A DNA stretch of 64,000 bases. Origin: Mayamaea pseudoterrestris. Taxonomy: Eukaryota. The translations under genes and the position numbers were made by a program. A model generated the notes under the pieces. That model saw only the letters and a program-made list of their open reading frames with translations, was not told the origin of the DNA and made no database searches. This document shows, piece by piece, positions 21,645 to 31,854 of this stretch; the stretch's first letter is position 1, and each line of letters opens with the position of its first letter. Where the stretch lies: NCBI GenBank assembly GCA_027923505.1, contig BROI01000017.1, forward strand, positions 434,001 to 498,000, read 5' to 3'.

Positions 21645-22518
21645 CTATGGTTCAATCAAACCAATGCCTCCAACGTGACGCTTGTACACCACGGCAATCT
21701 TGTTCGTCGCCTCGTTGAGAAAAATGTAGAAATCGTGATCCACATAGTCCAGCGCAAAGACTGCTTCATCCACACTAATCGGATGTTTCAAATCAAACGA
21801 ATTTATTTTGACCACTTCCTTTTTATCGAAATCCTCAAACTCTTCCGGTTCCGGCGGCGCTTCCGTCTCCATTTGCTCCAACTCCTCAAAGGCTTGCAGC
21901 AAGTCGTCACTCATGCTGGCGCCGCCGTGCCAGCCGGCGGTGCGACGCTGCTTGTATTTCAGCAACTTGCGATTGAGGGCGTGCGACACCGCGTCAATGG
22001 ACGAGTACATGTCGGAGCTTTCGGCCTTGGAGACAATGGTGGTGCCCTTGAGGTTGGTCACGACTTCGACGCGGTGGGAGTCTTCGTACTGATAATGATA
22101 GTTATTGTGAAGAAGTTAGAGAGAGGAGTCAATGTTGGAGTTGCAATCTCGCGCAAGACAGTTTATATAGCAATCATTCTTTCTCCATATTACTTACCTT
22201 TGGATTCTTGCTGACACTGAGAATGACGTCACACTCCTTGACCATGTTGTTGCCCGACAGCTTGTTGACCACATTGCCAATGCGCTTTTGCACATGCTCC
22301 ATGAGCGCGTCCGTGACTTGCACGTTGCGGCCACTGACAATGAGTGGCACGGCAGCTGATGATGATTCGGGGGGACTCGCGTCGGAGGAAGCGGTGGAAC
22401 GTAGTGGCGCAGCAGCTACATGTCTTGAAGTAGTAGTAGTAGTAGTAATTGGACCAGGCAGTAGGCAAAAGGCATTGGACGCCGCCACGAGCGATAGCAG
22501 CAGCGATAGAAGCAGCAT
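21645..22518 (-). CDS. PSRP1: Plastid ribosome hibernation factor PSRP1/long HPF (S30EA family), 2 exons (22518-22198, 22088-21645)
   Basis: Signal peptide ending ASNA-F; motifs IVSGRNVQVTDALMEHV, DMYSSIDAV..LNRKL and KHPISVDEAVFALDYVDHDFYIF..VVYKR..GIGLIEP; 109-bp GT-AG intron. Confidence 0.92.
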
Positions 22519-22621
22519 GTTGGCTTGATGTTTGTGTGAGGCAGCGGCAAGCAGCTTCGTCCAATCCGATCCGTCGCGATCCTTTGCTCGTGTCAACTTC
22601 AGTACCGCTGCGAATCAGGCC

Positions 22622-22666
22622 GTGACGTCATCAAAGGTGTGTGACGTCATCAAAGTGTGTGACGTG
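22622..22666. promoter_or_regulatory. Tandem TGACGT(CA) elements in a bidirectional promoter
   Basis: TGACGTCA at 22623 and 22642 and TGACGT at 22660, within an 18-19 bp direct repeat between divergent start codons at 22518 and 22781. Confidence 0.5.
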
Positions 22667-22780
22667 GGTTTCTTCCTTTCGCCTCGTGATGCAGTCGCGA
22701 GATTTCGAAACTCCACTTGTGGAGGTTCACAAACAGGTTCAAGGAATCTTCCTCATCATCCTTCACTATATGCATCAACC

Positions 22781-23866
22781 ATGCCCAGACAAGAGCAGAG
22801 GCGGTTACTTGGTTGTCTAGCTATTGCAGCGGCATGTTTCGGCACCACAAACGCCTTTACCAGTCATCCATATGGCATCATAAAATGTCGGGGCCATTGC
22901 CAAAATAGTTTGACATCCTCATCAATGATTCTGAGAGTCTCCAAGAGCAGTATTACGGAACGACCAAAGACAATATCCAAACAAGGTTCTAAAGCAGACA
23001 TTAATGTTCCATTTTACCAGCAACTGATACCGCGACATGGAGGAGGAGAGCACCACAACGCCGCATCGAAACATCAACATGTGCACGAACAAGTCGACTC
23101 GTCATCATTGACTGAATCTTCTCCACCTTTTGACAAGTCAACGTTAGTCATTGGCGCTGGTCTCTTGGCAGTCGCAGCAACCATCTTGGGCGGTGTTGCT
23201 TTACAACATTATCACATTGACTTGTCACAACTCGTCACATGGTGTCAGCAACTGTTGGCGCACCCCCAGGAAACCCTGCAAGCTGGCGTGGACGCCATGC
23301 AGGCCATGGGACCACTGGGTGTGGTGGCGTTTGGATTCGTGTACTGCCTGGCCGAAGTGCTGGCCGTGCCGGCCACGCCCCTCACACTCTCCGCTGGCTA
23401 CTTGTTTGGACTAGTGCAAGGGACAACGGTCGTGCTACTGGCCGCCACGTGCGCGGCGTGCATTGCCTTTTTCATTGGCAAAACCTTTCTGCGGACATGG
23501 GTCGAACAAGTGTTACAGCAAAATCCAAAGTTCGCCAAGCTCGACAAGGCCATTGGCCGCGAGGGCTTCAAGCTCTTGCTACTGGTGCGGCTGTCGCCGC
23601 TCTTTCCCTTTGCGCTGAGTAACTATTTGTATGGCGCCTCGTCGGTTGATTTTGCATCCTACTTTTGGGGCACGCTGCTGGGGTTTGCGCCCGGCACCAT
23701 TGCCTACGTGTACGCGGGCATGGTGGGCAAGGCGCTGACACTAAGTGGTGGTGCTGGTGGTGAGCCCTGGTATGTGTACGCGGGCGGCTTTGGGGTGCTG
23801 GCAGTGCTGTTAAAGTTGGCGTCGGATGTGGCGTCGGAGATTGTGCAGGCCATTGATGATGAATAA
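22781..23866 (+). CDS. Plastid-targeted TVP38/TMEM64 (DedA/VTT, SNARE-associated) membrane protein
   Basis: Signal peptide ending TNA-F; motifs PATPLTLSAGYLFG, LLVRLSPLFPFALSNYLYG and YFWGTLLGFAPGT. Confidence 0.9.
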   Translation: MPRQEQRRLLGCLAIAAACFGTTNAFTSHPYGIIKCRGHCQNSLTSSSMILRVSKSSITERPKTISKQGSKADINVPFYQQLIPRHGGGEHHNAASKHQHVHEQVDSSSLTESSPPFDKSTLVIGAGLLAVAATILGGVALQHYHIDLSQLVTWCQQLLAHPQETLQAGVDAMQAMGPLGVVAFGFVYCLAEVLAVPATPLTLSAGYLFGLVQGTTVVLLAATCAACIAFFIGKTFLRTWVEQVLQQNPKFAKLDKAIGREGFKLLLLVRLSPLFPFALSNYLYGASSVDFASYFWGTLLGFAPGTIAYVYAGMVGKALTLSGGAGGEPWYVYAGGFGVLAVLLKLASDVASEIVQAIDDE

Positions 23867-24081
23867 TAGATATGGGATGATGCGCCTTGCCAAGCCTCCA
23901 GAGGTGCAACTCCTTTCAATCCATTTGACTCTTTTTGCGTGTTCACCCATGCACCTCGGTTTTTCAAATCTACTAGAATGATACACTCACACTTTAAACA
24001 CGCTTACATATAAACTACATTTTTAGTCCAAATTACTTTGATAATTTGTCAGTACTATTATTGCATCAGGCGCAGTATCGC

Positions 24082-25608
24082 TTAATTCATTGGCTCGGCG
24101 GCACCTTGGACAGCAGCAGTCGCTCCAGCCACACCACTCGTCGCAGCAGTCGCACCATTACTATTCTTGGCACCAACTACATTGGTATGATTGGTGGTTT
24201 CATCCGTTTCGGCGGTAGTCGTCGTTCCATTCTCCTCCGAAATGCTGCAGGATTGCTGATGTCCACCGATCCGCCAGTCCCAACTGGCGCACTGCTTGCT
24301 GCAGTAAAAGACCGACTGACATTTGCCGCACGACTTCATCTTACTACTACCACTCTCCGACAAGAGTCGCTCCGAAACGCCGCAGGCGTGACACAGTACA
24401 TCATGCTCGAGCGTCGAAGCGTCCGCCGCCGCCGCACCCGCCCAACCCAAGTATTGCTCCGTCTCGCGCTTACACAGCGCCGCCTTGGCGGGCGGCGTAT
24501 CCTTGCAAAACTTGTGATGCAGTCCCATGATATTGTCGCAATACTCCATGCACGCCTCGCTGCAGTAGTGAAAGTACCAGCACGACTGGCAGCGAAACGA
24601 GTGTGGACTTTGTGGCGTTTCCACATGGCCGCAGGCCGGGGCGCTGCATTTCGCAAAGTACTTCCAGCGCTGGGGCGCCTGGTCCTCCGTGTACCGCATG
24701 AAGCGGACGGAGAAGAACTTGCACTGCATCGAGTTGCGGGCGTTGCGGAGAATGGTGGTTTGGTCGTGCAATATACTGTCGCACGGTAAACGCAAGACGG
24801 GACCCGTGAGACAGCAACGAGCCTCGAGGCCTTTCAAAACATCCTCCCATCCACCAAGCATGTTCCAGTCCTTGTCCAAAATGTCCAGCATGGCGCATCG
24901 TCTCAAAATGGGAATGAATTTTTCCGGATCAATGGGAATACTAAAATCATAGAGGGTATCCCACGACTCGCAGGCGACCGCCGCCAAAAACTCCTTGCCC
25001 TCAAAGTGAATAATGGTTTGCCGCATGTCCGTCTTGTGGTGCGGGCAGCTCTCCGCCAGCCGCGGCAGCAGCTGCAGTGTTTGATACACCAATTGCAGCA
25101 AGTCTGGCACATGCTGCTTCCACTTTGCGTCGGAGCTACTGAGCATGCTGCCAATGGTATGATGCATAATGAAATTAATCTTGTAGCGAGCCAACTTGAG
25201 TTGATCCTTCATGAAACGCTGATCGCTGCTTTGCACCGACTCCTTTTTCCACAAGGCGCTGCTCGCGAGTAGCGTACTCAATACCGTCTGCTGCCAAATT
25301 TGATATAGATCCTTGACGAGCTGCTTTTGCGCGCGCGACTCCTCCAAAAAGTGTTGGAGCAGCACCATGAGCTCGTCGTCCTCCTGGTACTCGAGCTGCA
25401 GATAAGCTTCGCCGTCCATGTCGCGGCGCAAGTCGCAGTCGCGGAGCCACTGGAGGGAATCTAAATCGTTATTATTGTTTGAGAGTGATGGTGCTGGTGA
25501 TGCTGTAGCTGTATTAGCTGTAGCTGACGCTGCAGTAGTGTCCTTTTTGTTGTTGCTCGCCTTGGGCTTGCTGCTGCCGCCGCCATACTTTTTCTTCGAC
25601 TTGGCCAT
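24082..25608 (-). CDS. Protein with two MYND-type zinc fingers
   Basis: CSAPAC..FRCQSC..YCSEAC..HHKFC and CHAC..SCGKC..FYCSKQC..DW..HQQSC. Confidence 0.85.
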   Translation of the reverse strand: MAKSKKKYGGGSSKPKASNNKKDTTAASATANTATASPAPSLSNNNNDLDSLQWLRDCDLRRDMDGEAYLQLEYQEDDELMVLLQHFLEESRAQKQLVKDLYQIWQQTVLSTLLASSALWKKESVQSSDQRFMKDQLKLARYKINFIMHHTIGSMLSSSDAKWKQHVPDLLQLVYQTLQLLPRLAESCPHHKTDMRQTIIHFEGKEFLAAVACESWDTLYDFSIPIDPEKFIPILRRCAMLDILDKDWNMLGGWEDVLKGLEARCCLTGPVLRLPCDSILHDQTTILRNARNSMQCKFFSVRFMRYTEDQAPQRWKYFAKCSAPACGHVETPQSPHSFRCQSCWYFHYCSEACMEYCDNIMGLHHKFCKDTPPAKAALCKRETEQYLGWAGAAAADASTLEHDVLCHACGVSERLLSESGSSKMKSCGKCQSVFYCSKQCASWDWRIGGHQQSCSISEENGTTTTAETDETTNHTNVVGAKNSNGATAATSGVAGATAAVQGAAEPMN

Positions 25609-25986
25609 GATGCCAAGACTTGATAATCAAGTCTATTAGTAAATGAAGTAGGGAATCAGAAGTAAAATATGCTTTATAGTCAAGCAAAACGATGCTGCAG
25701 CAGCTCGACGCCGACTCGACCATGCCCAGCGATGATGGAATGATGATGCTCATCTCGTGGTTTACGGACCGCTCGATGGCATCAGCCGGTTTTTGTAGTC
25801 GTTCCGGTACTCACGTTCTGTCGTGCCATCAGCTCGCAAAAGTCACCATGGCGACAGAGATGAAGACTGTTACTTTGTAAAAGCATGTCTGTCTCTGTAG
25901 AACAACTTGATCGTAAATAGCTGCAGAAAGGATGCCTCGCTGACTTTTTAGAGAGCAGCTGTTTGCAGCGCCTGCGTGTCACACGA

Positions 25987-27975
25987 ATGAAGGTGCGCCG
26001 TTTTCGCCTTGTTTCTTGCATCTGCCTGATGCTCGGTGCACTGGCAGCACTGGCGAGTCTGGCCTTACTACTGCAGACGTCCTATCATGTGTATCAAAGT
26101 AATGATGGAATGGCAAACACTTTTGACGCGGAGATGGAGCTGCATCTGCGGCAAAACATTCGACGCGAGGCAATCACCTTCGCCAACGCGACGGCAACTA
26201 GCAGTACAGCTTTTGTCACTGCGCCGCCGCACCACCAATCATCCGTCGATACAAGAGACGAATCTCATTGCTACAGTCTCAACTCCCAAGCATGGCTCGA
26301 CGGACCGCGGCTAGGAAATTTGCAGGATTCATCACTGATTGATCTAGACTTGTTTTCAAGTGACAGTGGCAGCGTCACTTATCTGCAACGCTTGCTGGGT
26401 CAATCCGTTTGCGCCGAATATTCAAGGTTTCGCAACATGCAAGACTTGCAGCAGCTGCAATACACGACGGACATCAATGCCACCATTCACGCTTGGACCA
26501 TTCGTCTCGCATACTGGGCCATGCACTACCATCAATCGAAACATGCGTTACTGGAAGCCACACACCGCCACGCAAACTGCCCTTTGACGTCATCAATAGA
26601 CATTGGTACATACGACTACGAATGCGTCAACGCCAAGTACATTGTCGCGTCACTCGCCAACGTTGGTCTCGGCGCCAACGTGCGCGGCGGCATGGTCTAC
26701 GGCTACTTGGCGGGCTTGATTTCAGATCGGGTGGTAGTCTTTGTGAATGACTTGGCGAATGCGAGTCACAAGTTTTTGCGGCGGCCGTGGGCGCTCGTGT
26801 CGTGTGATGGTGATAATGGCAATGGCACGGATACTAGTAGACATCGTCGCCGCGACGCACAGTGTTTCTTCATGCCAAGCACGCCGTGCGTCTTGACGCA
26901 CGCTGACATTCAACAGGCGTATGCATTGACCAATAAAGAGACACAGAAACTTGTCAAGCAAGGCATACCGCCCGTCGGCCATGAGCAAGACAAGGTATGG
27001 TACATGAAACTGGGCTTTACACCATTGACGGCAACTCCAGTCAAGGCGGCGGAGCGATTGCGAAAATATGCGTCTTTGATAATTCAACAGTACTTGCTAC
27101 CACGTGCCAATGCTTCGGACGAACATTACCACGCGCTACAAACCATGTTGCATCAAGCGGCGGACAATATGTTGCGCCACGACGAGCCGCGCCAAGGTTA
27201 CAATTACGGTGCCGCCAACGTCAAAATACACCACGCCCTGGTGGTCTACGCCATGCGACCCCGACGTGACAAGGCAGCACGAATCAAGCAGCAATTGGAG
27301 AATCTTTTGAGGAGTCACAATGTGCAACCGGAAACATCGTTTGGATTGCCAATCCGTGGTGAGTATGCTTACTGCGACGACAACGTTTCGTTGGCCAAAT
27401 GTCATCCTCTCACGCTTGTCCCTCGTTTGCCATATTGAAACACAGCGTCCGACAAGTGCGTAAAAGAGAGCGAGTGCCTTTCCTTTGAGCAGCACATGCA
27501 AGCGACGTCGCTTGTTTGGGCCGACTTTAATTCAAACACATCACGGAACGACAGCACAAAGCCATTAATTCTGTTCACAACTGAATCAACCGCCATAGTG
27601 CAAGATCAAATCAACTTTACGACCAATCACCCAGACTTTCCGTTCCGCATCGTCTCCAACACGTACGACGTGACTCCCAACACGGGCTTTATTACAAACG
27701 CAGAAGCGGGAGCTACGAGCAGCGCTGACGATATTCTGCTGTCAGCCGTGACCTCGCTGCAGCTTCAGCTGCAGGCGCGCGTGACGCTTGGAAACTGCTG
27801 CTCCAACTTTCACACCATGTTGGCAGACTTGCTGGCTGCGGGATGCGGAGCTGCCTCGCAAAATGATTTTCACTGCTTTCAGGAGCTAGAGGATCCGAAC
27901 CTTCGAATATGTTGCGGATGGTTCAAAAACTGCAAGGAAGACAAGCTCCGCGCTGTCGAAGCAAACAATTTTTAG
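25987..27975 (+). CDS. Type II membrane glycosyltransferase, alpha-1,6-fucosyltransferase (GT23)-like; 2 exons (25987-27358, 27446-27975)
   Basis: N-terminal TM helix; motif VGLGAN; an 87-bp intron joins FGLPIR to ASDKC, similar to the GT23 motif HVRRTDK; also LFTTE and GNCCSNFH. Confidence 0.7.
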
Positions 27976-28157
27976 ATGTTTGATGCACGCAGTGTGAAGC
28001 TGGCTTACGAATCTCTGCTATAAGGTAAAGTACCACTAAAAAAGTTTTATCATGTGGTAACTATACTCAAATAAATACTATTTCCCAGATCCACATCGCT
28101 TTTTCAAGTTGAGCCATCAGCCACGCCGACATCCTCGGACGCATTCTGCTATATAAC

Positions 28158-29258
28158 TTAATTGTTCGGGGAAGTTTCTGACTCACTAGACTCGTCGTTG
28201 GCGCTGCTCAGTACAGTCTTGTCCGTTTCCAACACTTCCATGGCGACGTCCAACTGTTCATTTTTGTCATCTGTATCCATATCATCGCTGTCGGCTTCAC
28301 AAGGTTTACTTAGCTCTTCTTGCGCCATCTTAACGGAATATTCGCTTTTGAAAGTGCGCGAATAAACATCATCGCCGTCAACACCTGTGCTTTCATCCGC
28401 CTTATCAGCATCTTCACTTTCCTCGTCGACCCACAAGACTGAATCATCGCCTTCAATCAGAACTCCTGGCGAAGGAATAGACACCTTGGCATCCGCATCC
28501 AGACCCATGCTCAACCGAATCTTCTTCTCCTGCCGCATGCGATGCTGGCAGTTAGCAGTAAATGTTTTCCATGCCATCAACTCGTCCGTAACTGGATCCT
28601 CCATCACATACGGAAAAAGACGGTGCAAATTTTGATAGTGAAGCACAATTTTCGGGCATACTGCAGTCAACAATGGCGGCGCCCCTTCCACTAATGGCGT
28701 CTTTACAAATTCCTCGCGACCCGTGACACTTCGTTCATCGCAATCTGCTATAATCGCAGACGTTACGACTGCCACAAACATCGAGGCAGTCACATCAACA
28801 AACCAGCCAGATGCGTTTAACGAGAGAGAATCAAGCCGAAGCTTTACGTTGCCAGGATTTGTAGTCGTATGAGAGTGGAGAAGTGTATTGCCGCCATTAA
28901 AGAAACGTGATCCACCGACACTACCGTTGGCCTTGATCATTGCTCCATTGATCTCGGCAGCCCGAAAGCGCCGCGCGCATCCGAGCGCTACACTTCCTGC
29001 GAAAATACCTTGAAGCATTTCGGTTTTTTTAATTGTTCTAAAAAATGCCCGTGGGGAAGGGTACGTAGGGTCTGGCTCTTCTAGTTCAAGAGGCGTGCTA
29101 AATCCGTTCCAGTCCAATATTTCATCCACACGCCGACAGAGAGCACGGCTGACAATCATCTCGCCGAGGCGACGGTCGGCGGGAACCTTGGGTTGTCCTT
29201 CCTGGTCGAGATTGCTCTTTTCGCATTGACGTTGCGGAGTGGATTGTAAGTTGCCCAT
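28158..29258 (-). CDS. Hypothetical protein, possibly N-myristoylated
   Basis: Long ORF; ATG 29258 gives MGNLQS (MGxxxS motif); two hydrophobic segments and an acidic tail. Confidence 0.6.
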   Translation of the reverse strand: MGNLQSTPQRQCEKSNLDQEGQPKVPADRRLGEMIVSRALCRRVDEILDWNGFSTPLELEEPDPTYPSPRAFFRTIKKTEMLQGIFAGSVALGCARRFRAAEINGAMIKANGSVGGSRFFNGGNTLLHSHTTTNPGNVKLRLDSLSLNASGWFVDVTASMFVAVVTSAIIADCDERSVTGREEFVKTPLVEGAPPLLTAVCPKIVLHYQNLHRLFPYVMEDPVTDELMAWKTFTANCQHRMRQEKKIRLSMGLDADAKVSIPSPGVLIEGDDSVLWVDEESEDADKADESTGVDGDDVYSRTFKSEYSVKMAQEELSKPCEADSDDMDTDDKNEQLDVAMEVLETDKTVLSSANDESSESETSPNN

Positions 29259-29724
29259 CTTAACAAGAACTGTATCGTGAAGTGGAGGAAGTTTTTTGAG
29301 CTTTCGCAGCAGCACGCTTTATTTGTGTTAAAAAGTGAAGATGGAGCTTGCTGCGCATCATCAAAACATCGATCACATTCACGATCCATCATCCCTGTCG
29401 TGACAGCCGTTAACACGACAGCTCCCAACTGTCCGGTCCCATCGCCAGCATGACTTGATACAACGCCCGTGGCAAGGCGATCGTGATTGTTAGCACGATC
29501 AACGGCACACCTTTCGCAGGTTGTCACGTTCTCATTATTTTCTCATCGAAAACGACGTCGTTTCATCTCCACAAATGGTCGTACCGGCACACATAACTGA
29601 ACATTCATTCGTGCATTAGATAGGACCACTCTTTGTTCCAGTGTCAAGACGGACTGCATCATGAATTCTCGAGGCGCGCCGTTCGATCTTTTTCCTTGGC
29701 AAGCTGTCACAAGTCGCAATCACC

Positions 29725-31407
29725 ATGGTGCAAGCACTCTTATTCCTACCACTAGCACTCTTGCTTGTCTCCGCCTCCTGCATCCGTCAATATCGAGGAA
29801 TTGATGTCTTGAAAAAGAATCGAAAACATAAAAAGCTGCTGCATCTACGACATCATGTTACAGCCGTAACTACAACATCAAGCAGCCGCCATTCATATTC
29901 CTCCGAAACAGTCCAAGAATTGTATTTGACGCAGCGCCTTGATCATTTTTCACCCGTCGATGCGCGAACGTTTCAGCAGCGATACTTCTACTCCAACGTG
30001 TTTGCCGAAAAGGTACACAATGGCACCTCGACAAAGCCGACGCTGGCGCTCCTGTGCGTCGGAGGCGAAGGACCGCCGCTCGACGAAAGCGTCTTGGTGG
30101 ACTCGGTGCACTGCTCTGGCGACATGCTGGAGTTTGCCAAGATTGTCAATGAGGAATATTCAATTCACTTGTATGCGCTAGAGCATCGCTACTATGGAGA
30201 GTCCTTTCCAGAGTTTGCCTGGAATGAATCGCCAGTGACAAACGAAAATCTAGTGTATCTGTCGTCAAAGCAAGCGGTGCAAGACATTGGCCATTTCATT
30301 ACTACTCGAAACACCAAACTGCCAAAATCAACCATTTGGATTGCCTTTGGCGGCTCCTATCCTGGCATGCTGGCGGCATGGTCTCGCCTCAAGCTGCCTC
30401 ACTTGATTAGCATGGCAGTTTCCAACTCGGCTCCCGTCCAAGTTGTATTGGACTTTGTCGCCTACAATGCTCACGTCGCCAAGGAATGGGCCAATCCTCA
30501 AGTGGGAGGCTCGGAGCAATGTTTGCGCATCATGCAGCAAGGCTACGTCGAACTGGAAGTTGCCATTGACGCTGCCTCCACCAATCAAACGTTACGTCAA
30601 GACATTGCCTCGGCCTTTCACTTGTGCGACTCGGAAGCACTATTGAATCGCAAGAATCTTCAGCTTTTACTGGGCGACGATTTGTATCCGTTTAGTGTGC
30701 AGGAGAATGATCCATCCTGCGAAAAGGACTTGTGCAACATTCGCAAAGTCTGTCGGGCACTCGTCGACCAAGTTCAATCGAAAAATGCCACCAATTCAAC
30801 GACGAAGAACATGGACGCGCTTTCCTGGATGGTGCAGCAGCATGGTCATGTCGATTCGTGCATCGATATAAGCTATGACAACTTGATCGAGCTGTACGCT
30901 GACGCGGATGGAGAGTACAGCTTGGACATTCGACCATGGCTCTGGCAGACGTGCGCTGAAGTAGGCTTCTACCAAACATGCGAGCGCAATGCCTCATGTC
31001 CATTTGGACAAGGCTGGCACCCGCTCAGCCAAGACTTGGAGATGTGTCAGGCTGCGTTTGGAATTTCTCCGCATCAGGTTGCCCAAAATGTTCAAAGTAC
31101 GCTTGAATACTACAGTGGCTGGAACATGCAGGCTACCAACATCTTGAGCGTCACCGGCGCCGTCGATCCTTGGTCGGAGCAGGCGCTGCAAAAGTCTCGC
31201 AGTAGCATAGATCTACCCGTCTACAGCGTCCCCAAGGCGTCGCACCATTTCTGGACGCACCCGGTCAATGCGACGGATGGTAAGGAAGTCAACCTTGCAC
31301 GTTCCATTATATTTTCAACGCTCAAAAAGTGGATCGATGAGGTTTTAATAAAACAAACGGAGAATGGCAATTTCAAGGTGATGAATGATGCAGCTGCGGA
31401 GATGTAG
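29725..31407 (+). CDS. Serine carboxypeptidase family S28 (PRCP/thymus-specific serine protease-like), secreted
   Basis: Signal peptide; motifs TQRLDHF, FQQRYF, LEHRYYGES, FGGSYPGMLAAW (nucleophile), WQTCAEVGFYQT, DPW and ASHH. Confidence 0.93.
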   Translation: MVQALLFLPLALLLVSASCIRQYRGIDVLKKNRKHKKLLHLRHHVTAVTTTSSSRHSYSSETVQELYLTQRLDHFSPVDARTFQQRYFYSNVFAEKVHNGTSTKPTLALLCVGGEGPPLDESVLVDSVHCSGDMLEFAKIVNEEYSIHLYALEHRYYGESFPEFAWNESPVTNENLVYLSSKQAVQDIGHFITTRNTKLPKSTIWIAFGGSYPGMLAAWSRLKLPHLISMAVSNSAPVQVVLDFVAYNAHVAKEWANPQVGGSEQCLRIMQQGYVELEVAIDAASTNQTLRQDIASAFHLCDSEALLNRKNLQLLLGDDLYPFSVQENDPSCEKDLCNIRKVCRALVDQVQSKNATNSTTKNMDALSWMVQQHGHVDSCIDISYDNLIELYADADGEYSLDIRPWLWQTCAEVGFYQTCERNASCPFGQGWHPLSQDLEMCQAAFGISPHQVAQNVQSTLEYYSGWNMQATNILSVTGAVDPWSEQALQKSRSSIDLPVYSVPKASHHFWTHPVNATDGKEVNLARSIIFSTLKKWIDEVLIKQTENGNFKVMNDAAAEM

Positions 31408-31854
31408 GCACATATTACTCTAGTGTCACGTCAATATACAAGCTTTAGCGTTTTACAATACATTTGGCGCAGCATCGATATGCAAAGTTACTTCTTTCCG
31501 ACAATAATCATGATGGTCTTGTATTGTCGCATAACTACTTTACACCCTTTGCACAGCATCACTCCTGGATGGCTCTTAGTAGACTAAATGGTTGTCGTCT
31601 AACCTCAACTGATGACAAATTTTACTCCTGTACATCATTGTGAGACTATTTGCAAGGGACCTCTTTTCCTAGGCTTCAAGTGATAGAAGTCATGACATCA
31701 GAGATTCAAACAAAGAGCCATCTCCTTGTACTAAAACAGATTTACTAGACAGGTGCCCCAGAACCCTGGTATGTGAACGGAGAGAAGTTGTCTCCAGGCC
31801 CAAGGTATCACACAGCATCAGTACCTCTCTAGCCATATCTCAGGTGGTCCTAGT

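Noticed and set aside
21531..24789. Long antisense ORFs 21531..22214 and 24046..24789
   Set aside because: They lie opposite well-supported genes (PSRP1 and the MYND protein) and lack protein-like features.
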